From Tubulanus polymorphus (taxonomy: Eukaryota; Animalia; Nemertea): a DNA stretch of 64,000 nt. The notes below the pieces were generated by a model, which saw nothing but the letters and a program-made list of their open reading frames with translations, made no database searches and was not told the origin of the DNA. Position numbers and translations under genes: made by a program. Shown piece after piece: positions 24,943 through 37,710 of this stretch. Positions within the stretch are counted from its first letter, which is position 1. The number at the start of each line of letters is the position of its first letter. The stretch spans positions 8,284,812 through 8,348,811 of the forward strand of contig NC_134036.1 in assembly GCF_964204645.1 (NCBI RefSeq), read 5' to 3'.

Positions 24943-25500
24943 AACTAGGGGTCCAGGGACACCATGCCCACTTGGGAAGTGGTTCCAAATGCTCAACAAT
25001 CTAACAATTCAGGTATCAAAGGTATAAAACATCCCTTTTCAAAGAATACCCATCACAAATTGCAATGAGAAATGGCAAACTCAGAATTCGGGCCAAAATT
25101 GACATTTTTGGGCACTAAAAAAGGTCATAGGACGGCCATCTTGAGTCCGTATCCCAATTTTTGTTATGCTGATGGGCCCAGGGGCATTCACATATCCGAA
25201 AGATCAAGGTAATTGATCAAAGCATCTTCAAAATTTCCCTCAATAAGTTCAAAAATGTGTAAAAAGTGTTGATTTTGGCGAACAACAATGGCTGCCAGTC
25301 GGCCATCTTGATTCTGACAGGGCCAGTTTTTGAGCTGAAGATGTGTCTAGGGTAGATACATGTGAAACCCAAATATCAAGACATTACATTGAAGCGTCTT
25401 CAAAACTTCCTAAAATAACTGATTTCCGTCTACGGACGGACGACGGACGAAAAGTGAACGCAATAGCCCGCTGGGACTAAAGTCCCAAGTGGGCTAAAAA
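24943..25500 (+). mobile_element. Helentron-associated interspersed element (HINE/DINE-like)
   Basis: 5' AACTAGGGGTCCAGGGACACCATGCCC; GGAC microsatellite; 3' stem-loop AGCCCGCTGGGACT-AA-AGTCCCAAGTGGGCT followed by AAAAA; same ends at 53252-54124. Confidence 0.7.
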
Positions 25501-26539
25501 TAATGTTCATTTAGTCATAGAAATTCATTGCCTTTTTGGAGTTTCTGTAATAATATTTGTTCTGCCCTAATTTTTATTACTGTACGAACCAATGATATGC
25601 TTTGTAAATATGATGTAATAAAATAAATTTGAATTAAATTTGAACATGAGAATCAAGCATAACTTGTGTTTTTTCAACTTGTCTTACTTGTCTTTTGTTA
25701 ACAGTTCCAGAGTTTCAATTACAATCAAATCCAAATTGGCTAAAAAGTACATAGGACTAAATGAAATGAACGGTTAGTTACTGCAAACCTATTCCAGTGT
25801 TATGTCGATTGTGTTGAATCACTTTCCTTGAGTTGAAAGAATCAGATCTTCTATGGTACAACATCGGTCGAAGAGAGATATCTTGGTGTTGACTGTCCTT
25901 GACCATCTAACTTAATGCGTTTGACATTGGAATCAGCATCATACCCATTTGAACTGCAAAATATTCATACAACATGAAAACCTACAGTACATGTATACAG
26001 TATTAATCAAACTTTCACCGATGTTGGATATTTGTATGAACATTGGGTTTATTTCAGTACTCTAAAGCAGGAAATAATAAGCCCAATCAATAGGCCCTAT
26101 TCCCATTGGAACAACTATATAATGCGTACAGCTGTACCGTACACTTATCAGACAAGAATGGAGAAATCGGTATACCAAACCTACAAACAGCAAAATGTAC
26201 AGGCCTACAATGATTTCTGGTAATACAAGCCGTGACCACATGAACGTTTTGGTTTGACTATTAATGTCAGCCGGTCAGAGAAGGTCTGGCCAAACTTAAT
26301 CACATGGCTCAAATCAATTAGCCTTTCTGCGTGTGAATATTTCACTGTATTGTGTTAAAAATAGGCCTATGGAGTGAATTAGTACATAGACTGAATTAGA
26401 CTTTAGGCTAGTCCTGACCAAATCCTATCCATATTATAATGGCACCAGTTATAGTAACATCACTGTAGGGCCGACGAGAGGGAAAAAGTTGTGTTTGTAG
26501 TACATATGCATGGTAGGCTTGTCGTACTCACTTAATACT

Positions 26540-27127
26540 TAAAACGCTGTTGTTACCTGTACGTGACTGTACGGTGATTTCTACAGGTTAGCCATATGTG
26601 AGTACGTTGACGCTCAGACTTGCAATATTAGGATTCGAAACCAAACGAAAAAAAAATCCAGTAGTAGTCCAGTGATTTACCCACTGTGCCACAGAACGTA
26701 ACTGGTGGGTGGATGAAATTTGATTTACAAATAGCCTAGCCTCACCTAACCCAAACTCTATTCTTTTACGCATGCGCGTTTGCAGATTTTAGGAACTCAC
26801 GTACAGCGTTTTTAGGGAACTCACGTACGGTTAACCTGTGGATATCACCGTACAGTCACGTACGCGTTATAATTTCGTACTTAAAATGGTATTGGCTACT
26901 AGGAACTCACGTACAGCGTTAGTAGGGAACTCACGTACGGTTAACCTGTGGATATCACCGTACAGTCACGTACGCATTACAATTTCGTACTTAAAATGGT
27001 ATTGGCTACTGGGAACTCACGTATGGCATTATATACTTAGTAGGGACCTCACGTACGCGGTTAACCTGTGGAGATCACCGTACAGTCACGTGCGGTTAAC
27101 AACTACGTACTTAAAATGGCATTGGCT
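26540..27127. repeat. Three ~110-120-bp tandem units (26790-27127) plus one inverted partial unit (26540-26605)
   Basis: AACTCACGTACGGTTAACCTGTGGATATCACCGTACAGTCACGTAC repeated; reverse complement GTACGTGACTGTACGGTGAT at ~26559. Confidence 0.8.
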
Positions 27128-29150
27128 TCTATATAATAGGCCTATAGACAAATAAATACCGGTAGGCTTTCTTATAATCTTAGCTTCCACACTTCACAAC
27201 CGAACCAACTGACCAACCAGTATATTTAGTCCCAGTACGCACCAACCGGCACAGGCCTAACACTGTTTGTCAACTGTGTGTACCGTTGTAGGCTATCGAT
27301 AATCACCTGATACTTTTCTGTCGTTTGTTTTCTCGCTGAGACGAAGACGAACGTAATTCTAGTAGCCTTCCGCGACTCAACGAACTTGATTTAAACTTGA
27401 TCAATTCAAAGTCTGTTTATTGACGCTTTTGGTTACATGAACTGATCAGCAATATACTTAAATAAAATAACCGGAATAACAAGAAATCAAAAATATTAAA
27501 GAGGTAACAAACAAATGCCCGTAAACCTGTCAGACACGCGAACGCCGGACTCGTAAACTCTTGGACTCGGACCCGCTGAGCAATAAATTCATAAAATTGA
27601 CTTTGAAATTGATTGTGGAGAAGAGAGGGAATTATTCGATAGCTCTTCCTCGAAAAGAAGAGAGAAATATCGGTAAGAAAACACAACATGGCTACTAATT
27701 GAATGGAGCAAAATTTCTGATGTTTACGGCTCGACAGTGCCTTTATAACGTGGATTTATCAAAATTCCCATGCAGTATCTGGAGATTGAAGTGAGCTGAA
27801 GGACATCGTACAGATTGTATCGGCGACAGCGGTAAGGTAAGGAAGCCTTTACACTTTTAACAAAAACTATGTGGAAAAGGGAAAAAAAAATAATAATCAC
27901 GCGAATTTCAATAGGGTTTTCTGTGAAGAAACAGAAAACCCTAATAATAATAACAATAATAATGAAAATAATAATAATAATCAGTTATAATAGTAATGAT
28001 AGTAATAATAGTAATAATAGTAATAATAGTAATAATATATTTACTCTTTATATGTAAAAATGATAAAGATATTATCGATAGAAAACTGTGAGTAAAAGCT
28101 ATTGATTATTGAAAACATTTTGAAAATCGTGTATTTAAAAAATCGTGTATTTTCCCGGTGTTATTTTACTTACGAATTCTGGCAGTGAATTCCACGATTC
28201 GTTTTTTAAATCTGATTATTTTACCGGAATTATATATAGGCGTGGTATCGATTTTGCTTCAAAACACGTGCATCAAAAGCAAACACGAACAATGCTTTAC
28301 TGTCGCTTGATTATGAAAAGTAATATCTCAAACAAAGTGTGGATGGATGACCAAAACTTTAAGCGATTTACTTCATTAGGCTCAATTGATATTATTATAT
28401 ATATTTTCTAATTGAATGCGTCCTTTTTGTATGATCTTTTATAATTTAATTTAATTATATGGGGGTAGAAAAACCCGAAACTGGCAGTTATATGGGATGG
28501 ATTTTCAAAAAGGGCACTTCCAAAATTTCTAGGGGACAACAAGCCCCCTTACCCCCTATGTAATGAGTTGTATCATTGCCCGTCCCGGCTCCCAAATCCG
28601 CGGCCTTGAGAAATGACCGTATGTTAGTTTCTATTCCTCACAGATTTTCTGTTTGAAACATCATAGGAATAACATCAAACTTCACGTGTTTCACGCGAGA
28701 CATTCTTAAGTAAAAATGAGCGTAAACATGAATATACAATTATTACCAGACAATATCATCGGTCAGCATACTTTCATAGATTAATCGTCCAACAAATTCA
28801 TAACGGAAGTTTGAGAGTCTACGGATTGTTAGGTTACACTATGTTACAGATGGTAGTTATAGCCTATATTGTCTATATAATCATAATTCAAACGGAAGAT
28901 TACTGAAGAATATTATATGATATGTCTGGTATCGATTATGCATGAAAACATGCGTCCTGAGAGCAAACATGGGTGAATAAGCTTTGGGCAAATAGTTCTA
29001 TGGTAAAATCATATGTTTCGAGCAACGTTTCGGCTAAATATTATTGGCCATCATTAGGCGTGCTGTGGGGACCCGTGTGTTATAAGTGATAAACAAGCAT
29101 TGCTATTGGTAAATTTTGGTCACCCTGATTGCAGAGGAGCTGTGATTAGT

Positions 29151-29317
29151 GATAAGATAAAAACCCACTATCTAAAATTTAAAAAGAAATCTTAAATCGA
29201 GAATATATTTATTGAAACAATCTAAAACATAAGAACACGACGTTTCGATCTCACACTAGAGATCATCGTCAGGTGTGAGATATTTACTAAAAACCGGGGT
29301 ATATACAGAGAAGATTG
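29151..29317 (-). mobile_element. 167-bp Penelope pLTR-like insertion with 9-bp TSD
   Basis: GTGATTAGT duplicated at 29142-29150 and 29318-29326; empty site in the paralogous copy near 35143; minus strand carries TATATA, a hammerhead core and AATAAA. Confidence 0.8.
29235..29277 (-). ncRNA. Minimal type I hammerhead ribozyme motif
   Basis: ACAC-CTGACGA-t-GATCTC-tagtgt-GAGATC-GAAAC-GTC-GTGT: intact core, 6-bp stem II, palindromic ACGT helix III, GUC site, 4-bp stem I. Confidence 0.7.
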
Positions 29318-30463
29318 GTGATTAGTATCTGATATAATGATCAGGGGTTTATAGATCACCCGCGTATAGTACTGGACTTTACAGACAGTTAGACATTGGA
29401 GATGCATCAAGTGTGTGACAGCAACACTGTAGCTATCGGTCACTGGGATAACAGTAATGAACAGAACACACTGAGAGTTTATGATATAAACACTATACCC
29501 GCTCTTAGGCAATAATACTAGCGGGTTTTTAGGATTGAAATATTGACACATTGTAACCGGTAAAAGCCAAAGGGACTTGTCACATTGATTTTGAATGAAT
29601 AAAACCAGTATCAATGACCAACCCCAGTATCCCTGTATAATAAAAAAACAAGGGTGGCCACTAATCGTCTATCTGAAAATGACCTTTCCACTTCAATCGA
29701 CTGTAATTCCAAGAATTCTCAACCGATTCACATGAAATCAGCTTTAATACAAACAAGGAGTTTCTGCTTCCAACGAGCCTATAACCATCACTCTACGAAA
29801 AATATCTCACAACGAAATTGGCGTTTATTTATGGGAGATAGCTCAAAATGGAGGTGTACTGCCATCAGGTAGTGGCGACGCCTGGACGAACATGTTTTGG
29901 GAAAATGGTGAATGTCTGTTGAATGTCTGAGGGATATGTACAGACAACAGGTTAATTGCTGCTTTAGTAACAGTGGAAGTCTCCTGACCGCTCGGAACAA
30001 TTGCACTGACGGTGACGACTGCGGTGTCTTCTAGGTTATTATTGTCTTGATGAAGGCCGTTGATAACAGTCCAAGCTTCCTGATTACATGGAAGAATTGT
30101 CCCGATGGTGACGACTCTTGTGTCTCATAGTGTCTTGAAGAAAGCCGTTTTAATATCATAGATCCTGTCACGAGCTAGAATTGATGGTCGTAGCAAAAAG
30201 GTGCCTGCAATTTCTACATGGAAGTTCGTCCAGTTCGTGTATCTATTGGCGCATACGCATCTGGCGCAATGTGCCTTGCCGATAAGTAGACCGATTTCTA
30301 AGTCACACTCAGATAATTCTATATCCGATAGATGAACCCAATCTTGTGTATTCTTACCGTGGGATGAATAACTTTGTTACCGGGAGACTACCTTTACTAC
30401 AGACAAGATTCAACTGTATACGTTTTACCGTTTCGCTCAAACCGGAAGAGAGATTATTCAACT

Positions 30464-30776
30464 GAGGCGCATTTGTTTGAAATCGGTTTGCACAAACCGT
30501 TTCGGTTTGTAGGAAAATCGTCTTTGTTTATACCGGTTAACAAACCGGTTTTGCATAAACCGGTGTCTCTGTTCAGGCGTAAACCTAAACGCTTTGCGTA
30601 AACCGAATAAACCATCCGCCGAACGGTTTGCAAAAAAATCAAACCGACTTTTCCAACATGGCCGAATAAAGACTTTTCGTTCAGTCCCAATTGTTCACAC
30701 TACGGCAAACCGGTTTATGACGCAATAAACCTATATAAACAGGTTTATACAAACCGATTTCAAACAAATGCGCCTC
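30464..30776. mobile_element. MITE with 27-bp perfect TIRs
   Basis: GAGGCGCATTTGTTTGAAATCGGTTTG...CAAACCGATTTCAAACAAATGCGCCTC; interior rich in AAACCGGTTT. Confidence 0.85.
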
Positions 30777-31255
30777 CGTATTCTACTTGTTTAACGGTGT
30801 GTTGTGCGCAAGATGCGTTTTGTTAGTTTTCTACCCGGCTACGAAGTTCCTCGGTACTAAACGTCACCGTGCTTCCACGTTACAAATTTTAAACGTATAA
30901 TACTAAATCAGTTTCCATTAAACCCATCGCTATAAGACGACCGTAAATTGTCGTTACACAGAATAGTTTAATTTTTCATGCCGAACAAAATGAGAAAATA
31001 TTCTTCAAGATAATGTTAGATTTAAACGTTAGAAATACGCAAATTTTGAGTTTTTATGTCTATATTTATTTCTATCAGATGCCTTTATACCAGTACGACG
31101 TTTGCTCTATAAATACCACGCATCTGATTGACTAGATATAAAGACTGGTTGCTGCTGAGCGGGAATCTGTCCGCCCGAGAAATCGAGTGAAGAGTTGGTG
31201 AATTGAGTGAAGAGTTGGTGAAAAGAATATTAGTGACGTTCATGCCATCCGGCGT

Positions 31256-32802
31256 CTATTTCTGTCGACAGGGCTTCGAACAAATAGCTGGCAACGCAAT
31301 CCAGCATGAAACATCGTTCCACAGACCACTACTTCGATACATTTCAACGCAAGCTTCATAAGGAGTGCCTGTTGGAATACCACTTCCGTTCGGTTCTCCA
31401 TTGTTCCATCGCGTAAAACCCTGCAGCAACATGAATGAAAAAAAAAATATATAAATAACGTTTTCGCTGGGTTTGGCGACATCAGCCTGTCATAAATATT
31501 TGATGTGCTCAGCTCGTCATTATAGTATTGTACGTATATATACATTGTACAACGTTATAACTCATGTACGCGTATACCAGACAACTACTGCTAGTCCTGA
31601 TGTTTCTGAACGATAGAGAACTATGAACATATAATTCTATGGTATAACCACTGGTCAAAGAATTTGAATTGGTAAATAGGACTAGTTCTATTTGTCTTCT
31701 GGTTAGCACGCATGCTGTGTACGAGACCCGGGTTCGATCCCCGTTGATTGTGCGTAATTTCACTATCAATCGTTAGATCTATTCATGGGAATATTCCTAC
31801 GTACCGAAGGGAAGTTGAATGGTCTTTTAAAACCAAGCGAAGCACTGTGCACGTTAGAAGGTATCAGACCTGAAATGATGACAGTATTGTGTTAGTTAAA
31901 CTTCTATCACCTTCCACTCCTCTATAAAACAGAGCATCATTCAAACATGATGTACCGTTCATAGGATAAAAACCCAATCTGTTCAAATTAAAAGAGTTTT
32001 TAAAATCAAGAATTCATTCATTCAAAAAATGTCAAATATAAAATCGATTTTAAAAATTCTTTAAATTTGTACATAGTGGGTTTTTATCTTATTATCCCTT
32101 CTTCACGTTTGAGTGTACAGGTTACCATTCTATGATATATAGTTACTTTGAGCTATATCATTCTCCTCCCTGTTTTCGATTCTGGCCAATTCTGAAGAAC
32201 TACAATGATCTTTAGCGTACGTCCACACATCAATAAACTTGAAACATTTCTTGTCTCCAGCTTTTGTCCAACCCTCATCACAACACGATGTTGTATCACA
32301 CGCTGAATAAACTACATCAATGCGAACAAAGATTAGCAACTTGTCTTATTAACGGGGTCACTAGCCTACTGTGCTTAGTTGGGTCAAAGCCTAACCCTTA
32401 GTTGGCCATTATTTGCCCTTTGATCCATTCAATCCTTTATTTTGTTAAATCTTCATCATTCATCATTCATCTTCTAATTTGATATAAAACACATATATTA
32501 CACAATAAGGCCTTACCCTAGTTTACTTTTCTTTTTTTAAATTTGTTTAGTTGTGTAACGTTTTTATTTTGTAAACTGCCCCTAATTCGTGCCACATCTT
32601 ATATCTTAATTAATCTGTTTATTCAAAATTATTCAGAATAATTTTGTGACGACGAAAGTACGCCAGCAGGTCTATTCAGTGCAAGATAATTCCCCCAAAA
32701 GGCTGCCTGATAGCTATATTTATGAATGTTGATATCTATATTGATATATTTACCTGTCGCTGTAGAACAGACCAGTAACAGAGTCGATAACATCAGTTTC
32801 AT
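31256..32802 (-). CDS. Secreted single-domain C-type lectin (~144 aa), EPN/WND mannose-type motifs; exons 32802-32754, 32302-32147, 31869-31805, 31420-31256
   Basis: Spliced product MKLMLSTLLLVCSTATACDTTSCCDEGWTK..KCFKF..W..AKDHC..LARIENREENDIAQSLI..RWNNGEPNG..ACVEM..GLWNDVSC..AICSKP; canonical phase-compatible splice sites. Confidence 0.8.
31670..31765 (+). mobile_element. tRNA-derived SINE head fragment in a lectin intron
   Basis: CTGGTTAGCACG...GACCCGGGTTCGATCCCCG (A-box-like and B-box motifs); no full cloverleaf. Confidence 0.5.
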
Positions 32803-35547
32803 TTTCAAGTCAGTATTTTCCTTTATCTATAACTGATAACAAACACGAATAGACAGTTGTTTTAGCTTTTGAATAATTTTCGCTGTTTTAATTGCTAAAA
32901 AATCTAACAGAATGTTCGTTGTCGTAAAGGAGTATGTTGTATATTTCTGTCAGGTTGCTAAAACAATCCTCGAAAATGAATATTCACCACCTGCCAGCGT
33001 CCTTAGGGAACTCGATGAAAACTGAACTGTGATCGATATTTCATCGAATCTAGAATTTTAGATTTTCTTTGTAAAATACACTTTCGCAATTGGCGAATAA
33101 TTTGAATAATCGAAAGACCATATTGTTTTAAAGTCGATTGAAAATTGAGTACAGAATCAGGGATACATTTATATATCATCCAAGCAAACTACTCAAGGAA
33201 TTCAAACGCCATAAATTTAGATACAAAAACTCTGATGTGCCTCGTAGGATAAATGTTGAGCGGTCGGTTTTAGTTTTTTTTTCCTATGTGTATGTGGCTT
33301 GTAATGCTATGTAAATGAACCGAGTTAGAAAACTGTGAGTAAAAGCTATTTACTATTCAAAACATTGTTTTTACAGATCGTGTATGTTCCCGGTGTTATT
33401 TTACTTACGGTTTCTGGCAGCGAATTTCACGATATGTTAAATGATTATTTTACCGGAATTATATATAGGCGTGGTATCGATTTTGCTTGAAAACATGTGC
33501 ATCAAAAGCAAACACGAAAAATGCTTTACTGTCGCTTGATTATGAAAATTAATATCCCAAACAAAGTGTGACTGGGTGACTTTAAGCTATTTACTTCGTT
33601 AGGCTCAATTTATATTACTACATTTTCTATTTAGATGCGTATCTTTTTGTATGATCTTTTATAATCTAATTGTTGATAAAGGAATAACAGGGGTTTTAAA
33701 TACTAGTTTTATTTGGGGGAATTTTCCAATTATTAAACGTGTCAATCTGCTGTCTGGGGCGAGACGTTCCATTCTTGCCATTTTTCAACCTTGATACTCC
33801 AAATACTCCACGTGTATTCGGCTCTTTCGACATTTTCGATCGGCCCTTCCGGGCTCCCATCAGGGCCGTAGCTAGCGTTTGAATTATATGGGGGCAGAGA
33901 ATCCCGAAAAGGGCAGTTATATAGGATGTATTTGAAAAAAGAGCACTTTTCCAAAATTTCTAGGGGGACACTCATAAACTCACTCATCTGCAGAGTGATT
34001 GTATTGGGATGAGGCGTTAGCGTGTGTCACTGAACATTTTTGTTTTTTACCTGTTACCTGCTGCACCGACAGGTGATCACATCGGTACTTTAGATATTTG
34101 TTTGCTATCTCTATAGTTCTGCTACGGGCCTCCATGGGTTCCAAGACATTTTTAGTATACATGTGATAAGGGACCGAGTATCCTCGCGCACAGGTTAAGT
34201 CGGTCCCAAGATCCCATATGGTCTCAACGGGCACGGGCGATCATACGGTACCACATAATAGGCCACTTTAAAATACTCAAAAAGTCGGAAGTTCTAGTTT
34301 AAAAATCAATCACCCGTGGTTTCCACGGGCTTTCCTCTAGTATTTAATAATAATAATTAATGATAATAATAATGGTCATATTAATGGTAATAACAAACAT
34401 AATTATCATAATCAGTAGTAGTACATAGTGACCAACAATGAATCTTTTTCGAGAGAGACAGTGATGAGGGAATTGCTGATATTTCTATCGAAGTTTCTAT
34501 ATATAATTAAATGTAGTTTATCCAAGGTTCTTTTCTTGAATAGATACGAAAGAGATTTGATGCTGGACGACAGTCGGCAGTGTTGCGCCAGGTGCGTGGC
34601 ATCTGAGCAAGAAATGATTTGCTATAAAATTTGTATTTGTGAAAAGCTGCTCTGGGATAATTTAGTTATCTGGTGTTAAGATGATAGAAGTTAGAGTTCT
34701 GCTGAAACATATTTACTAGGTTACACTAGGTTACAGTTGGTGTTTATAGTCTGCATCTCATATACAATTATAATTCAAATGGAAGATTATTGAAGAATAT
34801 CATATGATATGTCTGGTATCGATTATGCGTGAAAACACGCGGCCTGAGAGCAAACATGGATGAATAAGCTCTGTAAGGTACTTACTTAATTCGAGCAAAT
34901 TTCAATACTATAGGGCAGCCGTTGTCTCAAGTTTTAATCAATAATACCAAATAATAATGAGAGATATTCCACTATACATTCAGCCAAAATGTTCTATTCT
35001 AAAATTATATATTTCAGCAACGTTTAGGCTTAATATATACTATTAGTCATCAAAGGCGAACCGTGGGAGGTCCGTGTTTTATAAGTGATAAACAAGCATT
35101 GCTATTGGTAAATTCTGGTCACCCTGATTGTAGAGGAGCAGCTGTGATTAGTATCAGATATAATGATTAGGGGTTTATAAGATCTTCCGCGTATAGTACT
35201 GGACACTACAGACAGTTAGACATGGGAGATGCATGAAGTGTGTGACATCAACACTAGCTATCCGTCACTGGGATAACAGTAATGAACAGAACACATTGAG
35301 AGTTTATAATATAAACACTTCTCCCGCTCTTAGGCACCAGCCAGTTTTTAGGATTGAAGTATTGAGACATTGTAACCGATAAGATCCGAGTTGGCATCGA
35401 GTAGAACATATCGGAACTCAGCAATCATTATTCTATATATCATAATTTTAAAATGATACAGTTTTACAGCAAACGCCAAGTTTCATTAATAACGAGGCAG
35501 GAAGAGTTTGTGTCACGTGACATATTTTAACTTTCATAAAATAGTTT

Positions 35548-35590
35548 CACGCCTGATGATGGCTAATAGTCTTAAGCCGAAACGTTGCGC
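35548..35590 (+). ncRNA. Minimal hammerhead ribozyme motif (Penelope-like remnant)
   Basis: CGC-CTGATGA-t-GGCT-aatagtctta-AGCC-GAAAC-GTT-GCG; degenerate minus-strand relatives at ~29020-29062 and ~35015-35060. Confidence 0.6.
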
Positions 35591-37298
35591 AAATACATAT
35601 ACTCTTCTACTCAAGTTTCTCGTTTTGGCTTCGTTATTGTGGGATTTCTCTCGTTATCATCATACACGGATATTGTGTATCTTCTCGTCTAATCCTTAAG
35701 GTTGGTTTTAATGATTGGTTTTTTCAACTCGCTTGTTCCATATTTGGATTATACCCGGTCTGTAAAACTCGTGGGTCGTCAACTTTATCGATATGAAATA
35801 AATGTATCTTATCGTCATGGCGATGTAGCGAATGCCTATTAATTATATGTTAAGAAACTACTCCGATTTGAAATGTTGTCTTAAGAAAACTAGGGGTCCA
35901 GGGCCACTTGGATCAGATGAAGTGCATGACGATTCCACCACTCAACAACCCGATGAACGAATACCAGAAACCAATGACCTTTAACACTCATCACAATAAT
36001 ATGGGCCTAGATCTGAAAGTGATAAACCGACTGAGCGACCGATGCTTGTGGGCGGGTAAGAGTGGACTGCTGTGTTCCAGGGTATTGCTGCTGTCAATCT
36101 GCTGTCTGTGCCCACCCTCCTCGGTGAAGTCTGGCCGAACACATTTTTCACAAATGGTGTATTCCGTCTAAAAAATATTGATGGTTCCGACATGACAGCC
36201 TAATTCATTTTTTTGCATTTTCTGAGGATATGTCTGGGGTACTGCCATCAGGGGGTGGCATATGTCCGGAATAGCACGGGAGTATGCTAATCTACGCTAT
36301 TGGGAAATTTTGTACTTAGTGCAATAGCAACGCTATTCTCAAATTCATCTCGGAAATCTCCATCAGTCCAGAGTGACGTCATCCTTCACGATCGACGAAT
36401 GTACCACTGTACGATGATTCGTTATATCGTATAATTCTAACACAAAATAAATTTTATTTCAATTATTCAAAATAAATGTATAAATGGAGTCAAGTTTATC
36501 TTATAAATATCTAGAAATATTTGCTGCTACAGTCAAACTCGCTGCTGAAGAAATCGCCGACTTATTTCACTTAATAAATTTAACTTGAAATGAAATTAGG
36601 ACTCAAAAATAGATATGACTTTCAGTAATGTGACGACCTATAAAATCAATGACTTGAATTGCGAGTAGAAATTGGGACTGAAACATCATAGACGACTCCA
36701 CAGTAATGTGGACAACTTATTCTTAGTGATTTCAATAGCAATCCTGTCCAGGACAAAAAGTATTGACCACTTATCCGATGACGACTTAACACTGGGTTTG
36801 ACTGTATTTTTGGACGGTTTGAAAAAAGTAGCTTCATAAAAATTATGCTTTCTTTAGCTGTAACAAAACCCACAAGGCCTACAGTAGGCCTACTATCTGT
36901 GTATAAAGACACTGTAGGACGTGGACGGCGGAATGATAACAAGAGACTGACAATAAACAATATTCAAATTCTACCACTTTCCCCCACAACAACACATTTT
37001 ACAGTAGAGGATATATGAATATTTTTCAATAGTAAATGTTGTTCTTTCGATCCCCCTTCATGATCTTAAGTTTCAAGCGTCATAGGAGAAACTAATTTTT
37101 ACCCCCTCTCCTCAGTTTGCGTTTTTAAGACTACAAATAATCTCCTCTTACTTTGAAACTTTGAATCATTGATGTAAATTGATAAAAAAATAAATACAGA
37201 TTTCATTCGGCATTGAAAATAAATGAAAATGAATTTCACTTTGATGGTTTTGTAATATTTTGACACTTTTCACTAAATTTTTTATATTTTGTTTAAAC

Positions 37299-37710
37299 CT
37301 TGGGATTATCCTGTTTTTCTTCATGGTGGCCATCACCAGTCACCTTGACATCCAGTTTGAAGTCAACTCCTATATTCTCTTGGTAACTCAGGAAATGAGT
37401 TGAACTTTGAGGCGCATTTGAGGTTTCATGCAGATCACGCTCTGTAGATGGGCTTGACCCAGATTGATCAGGCCCAGCCAAAAGATCAGGCTCAGCAGAT
37501 GGTTCAGGCTCTGTAGATGGGATTGGCCCAGATGGTTCAGGCCCTGCTGAAGGATCAGGCCCAGGAGACACTTCAGGCTCAGCAGATTGTTCTGGCCCAG
37601 CCAATGGTTCAAGCTTAGCAGACGCTTTAGGCTCAGCATATTGTTCAGGCTCAGCAGACGCTTCAGGCTCAGCAGATTGTTCAGGCCCAGCCAATGGTTT
37701 AAGCTCGTTA
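37299..37710 (-). other. Pro/Glu/Ala/Ser-rich repetitive coding-like segment (SAEPE/AGPE, ~18-bp units), probable exon remnant
   Basis: Open frame; GC content far above the adjacent viral DNA; possible donor AAG|gtttaa at 37299. Confidence 0.5.

Larger units (their letters stand above)
24035..29560. repeat. Segmental duplication of 32958-35380, interrupted by insertions
   Basis: Matching blocks: 24035-24262 with 32958-33179; 28080-28540 with 33327-33970; 28830-29560 with 34718-35380. Confidence 0.85.

Noticed and set aside
32126-32146. Premature TAG making the lectin a pseudogene
   Set aside because: An upstream phase-1 donor (CAAA|gtaact) excludes the stop and gives a more typical ENDIAQSLI sequence.
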